Assembly: GCA_963773545.1 (NCBI GenBank)
Contig: CAVZBP010000003.1
Coordinates: 862,609 to 926,608, forward strand
Source: an uncultured Gemmatimonadaceae bacterium
Lineage (GTDB): Bacteria; Gemmatimonadota; Gemmatimonadetes; Gemmatimonadales; Gemmatimonadaceae
Length of the DNA stretch: 64,000 bases
Reading direction: 5' to 3'
In this document: one piece after another, positions 6,850-15,063 of the stretch
Numbering within the stretch: position 1 is the stretch's first letter
Layout: each line of letters opens with the position of its first letter
Notes under the pieces: generated by a model
Told to the model about the DNA's origin: nothing
What the model saw: only the letters and a program-made list of their open reading frames with translations
The model's database searches: none
Translations under genes and position numbers: made by a program

Positions 6850-9558
6850 TCAGTCCTCCTCGCGCGCGAAGATGCGCAGCAGGTCCGCGGCGGTGCGGGC
6901 GTCGCGGCGTGCACGCCGCGCGAACTCGCAGCCGGGATCGATCTCGACCACGCGGTTCCAGCGGGCGATCGCCTCGCGGTAGCGATGCCGGCGCATCATG
7001 AGCACGCCCATGACCCACAGCGCGCCCGCGTGGTCGGGCGACAGGCGCAGGATGCGCACGGCGGCGATCATCGCATCCTCGTGACGCCGGAGGTCCACCA
7101 GGATCTCGGCCACCAGCAGCAACGCGTCGAGGTTGTACGGATCCCGTTTGAGCAGATCGACGAGCGGCAGCAGTGCGTCGCGCAGCCGGTTGAAGCGGCG
7201 CCGCACCTCCGCCAGGGCCATCGTGGCCTGCACGTACGTGGGCACGGCGTCCAGCGCCGCGATCAGCGCGGCCTCGGCGCCGTCACCGTCCCCTTCGTCG
7301 GCCAGCAGCGTCGCAAGCTCGTACTGGACGGCGGCGAATTCGTGGTCGAGTTGGAGCGCGCCGCGGTAGGCCTCCTTGGCTCCTTCCACGTCGCCGAGGG
7401 CGCGCGCGACATCACCCACCTGCTTGAGGACGTCGGCACGATCGGGGGCCAGGCGCCGCGCCTCGAGCAACAGTCCATACGCGGAATCCGCGTCACCCGA
7501 CTCGGCTCGCGCACGGGCCACCAGCAGCATGGTCTCGACGCCCGACGGGTCCGCGGCCAGCAGCTGCTCGGCCACGCCGCGCGCTTCGGGGTATCGTCCC
7601 AGGCGGAGCAACGCCATCGTCTCGCCACTCATCGCGCGCGGGGAAATGCCGTTCATGCTGCGCGCCGTGCGGTAGCGCTCCAGCGCCTCGCCAAAGAGCC
7701 CCTGACGCGAGAAGATGTCGCCCTGCAGGATGAGCCCTTCAATGGCGTCGGCCCCGCGCGCGAGCACGCGACTCACCTCGGCGGCCGCGCGATCCAGCAG
7801 CCCCTTGGCCAGGTAGTCGGCCGCCATGGAATACGGGCTGACGCCGGCGCGCGGCACGGGACGGGGAAGCGGGGGCTCCTCGCGGAGTTCGCCGAACAGC
7901 GTGTCGAGCGAACTGGCATCGAACGCGAACGCCGGGACCTCGCTTCCGTCGGGCATGCGCTCGTCGCCACTCAGCGCCGGCGTCACCGACAGGTCGGGAT
8001 CCTCGTACTCCACGTCGATGGCCAGCTCGAACTTCTGCGGCACATAGTACGGGTCGAGGTCGAGCGCGCGCCGCGTCTCACGCAGCGCGCCGTCGAGATC
8101 GCCCAGATTGGACAGCGTGAAGCTCAGATTGTAGTGCGCCTCGGCGTACTGCGGCCGTGCCTCGATGGCTCGGCCAAAGGCGTTGCGCGCCTCGGCAAAT
8201 TCCTTGAACTCGGAGAGCACGAGGCCGATGCCGTTCCAGGCCACCGGATGTTCGGGCGCGGTCCGCAGCACCTGCTCGTACGCTTCTCGTCCCAGCGCGA
8301 GCTGACCCGCACGGACGAGCAGGAGCGCGAGGTTGAGCCACCCTTTGAGAAACCCGGGCTGCGCGGCGAGCGCCGTGCGGAAGGCAGTGACCGCGTCCTC
8401 CATGCGGCCCGTCTGCGACAGCGCCACGCCGAGGTTGTTCTGCGCCAAGACGTACGCCGGATCGAGCGCCAGGGCGCGCTCGTAGCTCGTGATGGCCTCG
8501 TCCAGCGCGCCGCTCTGGTGCAGCGCCACACCACGTTCGCACCACAGCTTGGGGCTGTCCGGCTGGAGGGCCAAGACGCGGTCATAGACCTCCACCGCCT
8601 GGCGCGGCTCGCGCCGGAACAGGTGCACCTCGGCCATGGCCTGGAGCACGAGCGGTTCGTCTTCACCGCGCTCGAGCGCCAGACGGTATTCGCCCAGCGC
8701 TTCGGCGTAGTAGCCTTTTTGCCGGAAGGCGAGCCCCAGATTGTAATGGGCGAGCGCGCCGCCCGCGGCCACATGCATCGCACGCCGATCCCGTTCCGCG
8801 CGCTCGGGGACCAGCTCCTCGTAGGTGGCCGCGTTGTAGCGGTCGAGGGACAGGTTCGCCTGCGCGCGCGAGAGCGAGGGGTTGAGCTGCATGGCGCGCG
8901 CGGTTGCTTCGCGTGCTTCCTCGTGCCGTCCCATGTCGCCCAGAACGAACCCCTTGAGATAGTGCGCGTCGGGGTTGTCCGGCCCGAGCTGGATGGACCG
9001 CTCCAGCGCGGCGAGAGCCTCGTCATTCAGCCCGCGATTGTAGCACACCTCGCCAATGGAGAAGTGCACGAGCGGACTGGCGGGATCGCACGCGAGAGCG
9101 CGCTCGAACCACTGCTGCGACACCTCGAGGTTGCCGTTGGCCTTCTCAGCGAGCCCCAGCTGTACCAGCGCCCCGACATCGTTGGGATGGCGCTCGAGCA
9201 GCCGCGTGAACTCGGCGACGGCGTCCGCCGTCTCGCCCAGCAGCGCGTACGCGCGCCCCAGTTCCCAGTGCGCATCCCGGTCATCGGGATGCTGGCGGAC
9301 GCGCTCCTGCAGCTCGGCGACGCGGCGGTGATAGAACCCGGTCCGGAAGTACGCGATCTCGAGATTGCGCTGGGCCACCTGCATCTTGGGGTCCAGCTCG
9401 AGCGCGCGCGAGAACGCGGCGACGGCTTCCTCGGAGAGTCCCTTGTTGTAGTACAGGACGCCGAGGTTGTTATGCGCCCCCGCATCGGACGGATCGATCC
9501 GGCGGGCGAACGACCGCAGGATCTCGAGGTCACGTTCGGATGCGAGGGACTGCGCCAT
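6850..9558 (-). CDS. large TPR repeat protein (~20 TPR units)
   Basis: Track ORF 6850..10188 with the N-terminal 210 aa discarded as an R/H-rich antisense artefact. The start is taken at MAQSLASERDLEILRSF, 3 nt after the cheC-like stop. Canonical TPR motifs occur throughout (AHNNLGVLYYNKGLSEEAVAAFSRALELDP..., AHYNLGLAFRQKGYYAEALGEYRLAL...). Confidence 0.75.
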   Translation of the reverse strand: MAQSLASERDLEILRSFARRIDPSDAGAHNNLGVLYYNKGLSEEAVAAFSRALELDPKMQVAQRNLEIAYFRTGFYHRRVAELQERVRQHPDDRDAHWELGRAYALLGETADAVAEFTRLLERHPNDVGALVQLGLAEKANGNLEVSQQWFERALACDPASPLVHFSIGEVCYNRGLNDEALAALERSIQLGPDNPDAHYLKGFVLGDMGRHEEAREATARAMQLNPSLSRAQANLSLDRYNAATYEELVPERAERDRRAMHVAAGGALAHYNLGLAFRQKGYYAEALGEYRLALERGEDEPLVLQAMAEVHLFRREPRQAVEVYDRVLALQPDSPKLWCERGVALHQSGALDEAITSYERALALDPAYVLAQNNLGVALSQTGRMEDAVTAFRTALAAQPGFLKGWLNLALLLVRAGQLALGREAYEQVLRTAPEHPVAWNGIGLVLSEFKEFAEARNAFGRAIEARPQYAEAHYNLSFTLSNLGDLDGALRETRRALDLDPYYVPQKFELAIDVEYEDPDLSVTPALSGDERMPDGSEVPAFAFDASSLDTLFGELREEPPLPRPVPRAGVSPYSMAADYLAKGLLDRAAAEVSRVLARGADAIEGLILQGDIFSRQGLFGEALERYRTARSMNGISPRAMSGETMALLRLGRYPEARGVAEQLLAADPSGVETMLLVARARAESGDADSAYGLLLEARRLAPDRADVLKQVGDVARALGDVEGAKEAYRGALQLDHEFAAVQYELATLLADEGDGDGAEAALIAALDAVPTYVQATMALAEVRRRFNRLRDALLPLVDLLKRDPYNLDALLLVAEILVDLRRHEDAMIAAVRILRLSPDHAGALWVMGVLMMRRHRYREAIARWNRVVEIDPGCEFARRARRDARTAADLLRIFAREED

Positions 9559-9563
9559 CGGAA

Positions 9564-10184
9564 CTACTCCACCCGGACGGCGCGCAGGATCACTCGCAGC
9601 GAGGCCAGGTCGGGAAGCAGCAGGAAGAAGCCGCGCAGACGCTCCCCGGCTTCCTGCAGCAGGAACTCCGTTTCCACGGCGAACACGCAGTCGCGATCGG
9701 TGCCGAACTGCAGGTACGCCGTGCTCAGCACGGCCGCGGACATGTCCACCGCCAGGCTGGGCGGCGACGGCAGCAGCATGAGGCCCAGAAACTCGCTGAG
9801 CGCGTTCATGTACGCGCCACTCAGGATGTTCCCTGCTTCCTTGATGGCCGACTGCTCCAACTCTCCCAGGTCGACGCTCTCCGACGGCGGCCGGCGCAGC
9901 ATGAGCGACGCCAGGCGTTTGGCCGTTGGATGCGGGAAGACGAGCAACGTGCGGCCGGTGAGGTCGCCGAGCATGTGCATGAGCACGGCCGCGATCGGTT
10001 CCTCGCTGTCGGCGATCTGCGTGGGCAGCTCCTCCAGCGAGCAGATCGTGATCGTGGGCACGTTGATCATGATCCGGCTGGCCGTCATGTGGGACAGCGC
10101 CGTGGCCGCGTGACCCGCGCCGATGTTCGCGACCTCGCGCAGCGCATCGAGCTGGATCGCCTTGAGGGACAGTAGATCGTTCAT
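9564..10184 (-). CDS. CheC/CheX-family chemotaxis phosphatase-like protein
   Basis: LDALREVANIGAGHAATALSHMT matches the CheC signature D/E-x-L-x-E-x-x-N-I-x-x-G-x-A-A-T-A-L-S. A second half-site is IKEAGNILSGAYMNALSEFLG. The start is assigned to M11 (MNDLL); the alternative 10214 would overlap cheA by 20 nt. Confidence 0.7.
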   Translation of the reverse strand: MNDLLSLKAIQLDALREVANIGAGHAATALSHMTASRIMINVPTITICSLEELPTQIADSEEPIAAVLMHMLGDLTGRTLLVFPHPTAKRLASLMLRRPPSESVDLGELEQSAIKEAGNILSGAYMNALSEFLGLMLLPSPPSLAVDMSAAVLSTAYLQFGTDRDCVFAVETEFLLQEAGERLRGFFLLLPDLASLRVILRAVRVE

Positions 10185-10194
10185 GCACACCCCA

Positions 10195-12144
10195 TTAGAG
10201 GAGGGACCCGACATCCACGATCAGCGCCGGCGCCCCGTCGGACAGAATCGTCGCCCCGCTGAACAGCGCCGTGCTCTCGCGGACGCCGTCGAACTGCTTC
10301 ACCACGATGTCCTGCTGTCCGGCCAGGTCGTCCACCACGAGCCCCGCGCGGCGATCGCCGATTTCCAGCACGATCACGTGCTGCCGGAGATCGGGGCGCG
10401 GCGCGAGCTGCACGAGCGTGCGGAACGGAATGAGCGGGAGCACCTCGTCGCGCAGGACGAGGACATCGCGCCCCTTCACGCTCCGCACAGACGACGACTG
10501 CAGGTCGACCGTTTCATTGATGTGCGTCATCGGCACCGCGTACGTCTCGTCGTCCACGCGCGCCAGGAGCGCGCGGACGATGGCCAGCGTGAGCGGGAGG
10601 CGAACGGTGACGGTCGTTCCCGCTCCGGGGGTGGAGCGGATCTCCACCGTGCCGCCCATGGACCGCACGCGGTTGTGCACGGCGTCGATCCCCACCCCGC
10701 GGCCGGACAGATCCGACACCTGGTCGGCGGTGGAGAAGCCCGGACGTGCGATGAGCCGCACCAATTCCTCGTCGGTCAGCTCGCCGCGCCCGGCATCCAC
10801 CAGTCCCAGATCACGCGCCTTTTCGAGGACACGGTCGGCGGCGATGCCCTGCCCGTCGTCCGCCACACGGATGACCACCGATGACCGCTCGCGCGATGCG
10901 CTCAACGTCAGCCGCCCCAGCGGCGGCTTGCCGCACGCGGTGCGCGTGTCCGGCATCTCGATGCCGTGGTCGATCGCGTTCCGCAGCAGGTGCACGATGG
11001 GATCACCGATCTCGTCCAGCATGGAGCGATCGAGTTCGATGTCCTTGCCGATCACCGAAAACTCGATCTGTTTTCCCAGACCGCGCGCGGCGTCACGGAC
11101 CAGACGCGGAAAACGATCGAACACGTGCGACACCGGCACCATCCGGCACAGCATGATCTCGTCCTGCAGCTCCGTGATCAGCCGCGACGCCTGCGCCAGC
11201 GTGTCATCGAGCACCGCGTCCTCGGTGCCCGCGCAGAGCTGCAGCAGTCGTCCGCGGGCGATGACCAGCTCGCCGATCATGTTCATGAGCGCATCCAGCC
11301 GCTCGAGATCGATCCGCACATGCCGATGGACGCGGGAACGCGTACCGTCGGCCGGTGTGGGGGCAGCCGGTGCGGGGGCCGCTTCGCTCGTGACCTCGAG
11401 TTGCTCCACATCGCCCATTCCGCGCAGCGCTTCGTCGATCGCGGCGCGGCTCGCTGCCGTGTCGAGACGGAGCGCGAATTCCCGATCGAACTCCTCCGCC
11501 TGCAGCGCGTCGACCGGCGGGATGACGGAGCTCACGGTGCCCAGCGTCTCGGCCTTGCGCACGATCAACAACGCGCGCGCGCCGCGCAGCGCGGTCGCGG
11601 CCGCCAGACGCACGCGTACGAGCCAGCGCGAAGCCGCCGGGGCCGCGGGGCCAGACGCCGGCGCGGGCGCGTCGGGGAAGGTGCCGCGCGCACCAGGCGC
11701 CGCCGCGTGCGCTTGCGCCACCGCTGCCGCGTACTCGGCCGTGGCGGACGGAAGGTCGTCGTCAGGCGCGCCGCCCAGCGTGCGGAGATGTTCCACCAGC
11801 GCGGCGACGTCCACCTCCTGCGCCCGCCCCTGCACCGACAGCTCGACCGCCGCTTCCAGGGCGTCGGCCGCGGCAAACAGCACGTCGAGGATCTCCGGCG
11901 TGACGAGCTGCGCGCCCTTGCGGACGCGGTCGAGCAGCGTCTCCAGCTCGTGCGTCAGCTCGGCGACGGCGGTATAGCCCATCGTCGCGCTCATCCCCTT
12001 CACCGTGTGCACGGCACGGAAAATCCCCCCCACAGGCTCGGCCGCGCCGGGGGCGCGCTCGAGCTCCAGGAGGAGGTGATTGATCGCCGAAAGATGCTCT
12101 CGGCTCTCAGTCAGGAAGAGGTCGGCGTAGCGGGAGATATCCAT
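10195..12144 (-). CDS. cheA: chemotaxis histidine kinase CheA (HPt - dimerisation - HATPase_c - CheW-like; no receiver domain)
   Basis: The start is at MDISRYADLFLTESREHLSAINHLLLELE, an HPt domain with the phosphorylatable His in AVHTVKGMSATMG. It has HATPase motifs (HLLRNAIDHGIE, DDGQGI, GRGVGIDAV) and a C-terminal CheW-like domain. The first 28 track residues are junk. Confidence 0.9.
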   Translation of the reverse strand: MDISRYADLFLTESREHLSAINHLLLELERAPGAAEPVGGIFRAVHTVKGMSATMGYTAVAELTHELETLLDRVRKGAQLVTPEILDVLFAAADALEAAVELSVQGRAQEVDVAALVEHLRTLGGAPDDDLPSATAEYAAAVAQAHAAAPGARGTFPDAPAPASGPAAPAASRWLVRVRLAAATALRGARALLIVRKAETLGTVSSVIPPVDALQAEEFDREFALRLDTAASRAAIDEALRGMGDVEQLEVTSEAAPAPAAPTPADGTRSRVHRHVRIDLERLDALMNMIGELVIARGRLLQLCAGTEDAVLDDTLAQASRLITELQDEIMLCRMVPVSHVFDRFPRLVRDAARGLGKQIEFSVIGKDIELDRSMLDEIGDPIVHLLRNAIDHGIEMPDTRTACGKPPLGRLTLSASRERSSVVIRVADDGQGIAADRVLEKARDLGLVDAGRGELTDEELVRLIARPGFSTADQVSDLSGRGVGIDAVHNRVRSMGGTVEIRSTPGAGTTVTVRLPLTLAIVRALLARVDDETYAVPMTHINETVDLQSSSVRSVKGRDVLVLRDEVLPLIPFRTLVQLAPRPDLRQHVIVLEIGDRRAGLVVDDLAGQQDIVVKQFDGVRESTALFSGATILSDGAPALIVDVGSLL

Positions 12145-12193
12145 GGTTGGCGGAGGCGTGAAATGCCCGGCCCCGGCGGAGCGCGCGGGGAGG

Positions 12194-12556
12194 TTAGCCC
12201 AGCACCCGCTGCACCGCTTCCAGCACACGACTCGGCTGGAACGGCTTCACGACAAAATCCTTGGCACCAGCCTGGATGGCTTCCACCACGAGCGCCTGCT
12301 GCCCCATGGCACTGCACATGAGGATCTTTGCGTTTGCGTCGAAGCGCGTGATCTCACGCACCGCGTCAATGCCGCCCATGTCGGGCATGACGATGTCCAT
12401 CGTGACCAGATCGGGGCGGAGTTGCCGGTACTTCTCGACCGCCTGCAGGCCCGTCTCGGCTTCGCCCACGATCTCGAAGCCCGACTGCTGCAGGATGTCG
12501 CCGATCATGGTGCGCATGAAGATCGCGTCGTCGCAGATCAGAACGGTGTGACTCAA
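12194..12556 (-). CDS. cheY: CheY-like single-domain response regulator
   Basis: 120 aa, VLICDDAIFMRTMIGDIL...LVTMDIVMPDMGGID...AKDFVVKPF. The start is TTG, preceded by GGAGGG 5-6 nt upstream. Confidence 0.9.
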   Translation of the reverse strand: MSHTVLICDDAIFMRTMIGDILQQSGFEIVGEAETGLQAVEKYRQLRPDLVTMDIVMPDMGGIDAVREITRFDANAKILMCSAMGQQALVVEAIQAGAKDFVVKPFQPSRVLEAVQRVLG

Positions 12557-12562
12557 CCTGCC

Positions 12563-12568
12563 CCTCCG
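12563..12568 (-). promoter_or_regulatory. Shine-Dalgarno (GGAGG) for cheY TTG start
   Basis: The mRNA reads ...aaccGGAGGggcaggTTGagtcac.... Coordinates are +-1. Confidence 0.45.
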
Positions 12569-12569
12569 G

Positions 12570-13049
12570 TTAGATCAGGACCTGCCTGATGAGTGCCTCG
12601 ATGTCCAACACCACGATCACCTGCTCCTCCAACTGCAGCAACGCGCGCACGGGGCCGTCGGGAACCATGTCGGCGCCTGCCTCCTCGGCCTCTGCCGTCA
12701 CATCGTGCACGTCCAACACCTCGTCCACGGCCAGCCCCACCCGCTTGCCTCCATGCTCCGCCATGAGCACCGAGGCCGACTCGCGGGCCGTGGATGCGAC
12801 GCCGAGCCGGACGCCCAAGTCCAGCACGGTCACGATCGAGCCGCGAACATTCACCAGCCCATCCACCCACGGCGGCGCGCCCGGCAACCGGGTGGCGCTG
12901 CGCCACGGGATGATCTCGGAAACCGTATCGACTTCCAGGCCGTACGACCGCCCATCCACGCGAAAGACCACAATGCGTCGCGGGCGGCGCTCGCCCACGA
13001 CGCCGCTCCCTTCGTGATCAGAGATCTCGAGTGTAGAAACCGAGGTCAT
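12570..13049 (-). CDS. cheW: chemotaxis coupling protein CheW
   Basis: RRIVVFRVDGRSYGLEVDTVSEII...VDGLVNVRGSIVTVLDLGVRLG is a typical CheW fold. The start is taken at MTSVSTLEISDHEG; the first 17 track residues are junk. It overlaps the 3' end of rluD by about 30 nt. Confidence 0.85.
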   Translation of the reverse strand: MTSVSTLEISDHEGSGVVGERRPRRIVVFRVDGRSYGLEVDTVSEIIPWRSATRLPGAPPWVDGLVNVRGSIVTVLDLGVRLGVASTARESASVLMAEHGGKRVGLAVDEVLDVHDVTAEAEEAGADMVPDGPVRALLQLEEQVIVVLDIEALIRQVLI

Positions 13050-14019
13050 CCAGCGGATCCGCGTGTGTGAACATGACGTCCGGGCCAGCCACCGCGGCAA
13101 GGCTCCCCACGAGATCCGTGGGCAGCTCCGACCGCACCTCGATCCGCGCTCCCGTTGCCGGATGCGGGAAGATCAGCCAGGCCGCGTGCAGGAAGTGCCG
13201 GCGCGGCGGCAGTGCCGCCAACCGACGCCCCCCTCCGCCACCATAGACATCGTCTCCGACTACCGGATGACCGATCGACGCGAGATGCACCCGAATCTGA
13301 TGCGTCCGCCCGGTGTGGAGAGCGGCACGAAGGAGGTCCGTTGAGTCAAACCGTGCGAGGCGAACGAAGTCCGTTCGTGCTCCTCTTCCGCTACTGACGA
13401 TTGCCATACGCTTTCGGTCTCGCGGGTCCCGGCCTACCGGTCGGTCGACGGTCACCCGATCCCCATCCAGATGCCCCCACACCAGGGCGGCATAACGTCG
13501 GCTGATGCGTCGCGCCGCGAGGGCGGCCCCCAGCCGGCGGTGCGCCAGATCCGTCTTGGCCACCAAGATCAGTCCGGAGGTATCCTTGTCCAGGCGATGG
13601 ACGATCCCGGGCCGCTCGGCGGCACCACCCTCGGCCAGCGGGCCGCCGCGACCGCGCAGCGCGTTGACCAGCGTGCCCGACCAGTGCCCCGGGGCAGGAT
13701 GGACCACCATCCCTGCCGGCTTGTTTACCACGAGAACGTGCTCGTCCTCGTAGCGGACGTCGAGCGCGATCTGTTCGGCCACCACCGCGCGGTGGACCGG
13801 GGGTGGAAGGCGCACCGTCACGGTGACACCCGCGCGCGGCCGCGATCCAGCCTTCTCGTGCACCCCATCCACCAGCACGCACCCGGTGGCGATGAGCGTG
13901 GCCGCCCGAGAGCGCGAAAGGTCCAGCCCCCGGGCCACCAGCGTGTCCAGTCGCTCCCGGTTGCCGTGCGGGACGGCGAAGACGCGCTGCTCGCCGCCCG
14001 CGTCAGCCGCGCTCACCAT
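13018..14019 (-). CDS. rluD: 23S rRNA pseudouridine synthase, RluA/RluD family
   Basis: S4-like N-terminus, catalytic HRLDKDTSGLILVAKT, and HTGRTHQIRVHLASIGHPVVGD. Confidence 0.85.
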   Translation of the reverse strand: MVSAADAGGEQRVFAVPHGNRERLDTLVARGLDLSRSRAATLIATGCVLVDGVHEKAGSRPRAGVTVTVRLPPPVHRAVVAEQIALDVRYEDEHVLVVNKPAGMVVHPAPGHWSGTLVNALRGRGGPLAEGGAAERPGIVHRLDKDTSGLILVAKTDLAHRRLGAALAARRISRRYAALVWGHLDGDRVTVDRPVGRDPRDRKRMAIVSSGRGARTDFVRLARFDSTDLLRAALHTGRTHQIRVHLASIGHPVVGDDVYGGGGGRRLAALPPRRHFLHAAWLIFPHPATGARIEVRSELPTDLVGSLAAVAGPDVMFTHADPLDDLGFYTRDL

Positions 14020-14097
14020 GCGCGGCGTGGCGGTCGCGGAGGTGCGACTGGGACCGGGAGGTCGCGCGTGCAGGCGGCGAGCCGTGCGCGCGCGGCG

Positions 14098-14640
14098 TCA
14101 GTTTCCGCGTGACGGCTCCGCGGGTGGTACCGTGCGCGACGATGCGGCGGCCTCGCGCCGATCGTCGCCCCACAGCACCCAGGCGAGCAGGAGCGCGCCA
14201 ACACTGACCGCCATGTCGGCCACGTTGAATGTGGGCCAGCGCGTGGTCCCGACGCCGATATCCAGAAAGTCCACCACCCCCATGGGGGAACGCACGCGGT
14301 CGATGAGATTCCCGATCGCTCCACCGCACACCAGGCCCAGGGCCACCGTGCGGAGCCAGTCACCAGGGGCGGTGTGCCGGTAGAGCCGCCAGAGGACGAT
14401 GAGGGCAATGATCGTGAGCGCGAGAAAGATCCACCGTGAGAACGCGCCAAAGTGCAGCCCGAACGCGGCGCCGCGGTTGTACACGAGCGTGAGACGCACC
14501 ACATCGCCCGCCACCGGATGGGGCCGGTACATGGGCGAGAGGGCAGCGACGGCGAGCCACTTGGTGATGACGTCCGTGACGACGACAGCCGCGATCAGCG
14601 ACCAGAAAATCCGCGCCGTCCTACCCCTTCTTTTTTCCAT
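14098..14640 (-). CDS. lspA: lipoprotein signal peptidase II
   Basis: NRGAAFGL, GNLIDR and VDFLD are conserved LspA motifs, and the gene has the conserved ileS-lspA linkage. The start is M28 of the track ORF. Confidence 0.85.
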   Translation of the reverse strand: MEKRRGRTARIFWSLIAAVVVTDVITKWLAVAALSPMYRPHPVAGDVVRLTLVYNRGAAFGLHFGAFSRWIFLALTIIALIVLWRLYRHTAPGDWLRTVALGLVCGGAIGNLIDRVRSPMGVVDFLDIGVGTTRWPTFNVADMAVSVGALLLAWVLWGDDRREAAASSRTVPPAEPSRGN

Positions 14641-15061
14641 CTTCCTCGCGCTGCTTGCACGTGATGCACAGACGCGCATGCGGCAGCGCATCCAGCCGAT
14701 CGAAGTCGATCTCGCCGCCACAGCTGTGGCACTTGCCGAACGTCTCCGGAGCGCGGTAGAGCCGGCGCAACGCTTCGTCGATGTGCCAGAGGAAACGTCC
14801 CTCCTGGCTGGCGAACAGGAACGCCTTCTCGCGCTCCATCGCGTCGGTCCCTTGATCCGCCATGTGGAACGAATACGAGCTCAGATCCCCGTCGGCGGAT
14901 TGAGGTGTGGCGTTGAACGTCTCGTCGTAGTGCCCCAATTCCTTGAGCACGCGGCGGCGCTCTTCGAGCAGGCGCTTCTCGAAATGCGCCAACATCTTCT
15001 TGCCCATCGCCTTCGGTTTCGGAGCCGCTTTAGGCTTCTTCGCACGCGCTGAGGACGCCAT
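14621..15061 (-). CDS. DksA/TraR family C4-type zinc-finger protein
   Basis: CHSCGGEIDFDRLDALPHARLCITC is a C4 zinc finger. A coiled-coil N-terminus and a basic K/A-rich N-terminal tail are present. Confidence 0.7.
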   Translation of the reverse strand: MASSARAKKPKAAPKPKAMGKKMLAHFEKRLLEERRRVLKELGHYDETFNATPQSADGDLSSYSFHMADQGTDAMEREKAFLFASQEGRFLWHIDEALRRLYRAPETFGKCHSCGGEIDFDRLDALPHARLCITCKQREEDGKKKG

Positions 15062-15063
15062 CG

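Noticed and set aside
6985-10113. 1042-aa plus-strand ORF, plus similar long antisense ORFs (1883..3037, 10271..11977, 21270..22772, 31776..34406, 39589..41868, 41016..43253, 55788..58607)
   Set aside because: All lie opposite confidently identified genes (TPR, DnaA-like, CheA, cox and others). All have extreme Arg/His/Gly bias and no recognisable motifs.
6850-10188. N-terminal 210 aa of the giant TPR ORF (and similar N-terminal extensions of cheA, cheW, folP, cdaA, PNP, aceB, egtD, usp)
   Set aside because: These extensions are R/H/P-rich, overlap upstream genes, and disappear when the start is moved to the first motif-bearing Met/Val that abuts the upstream stop.
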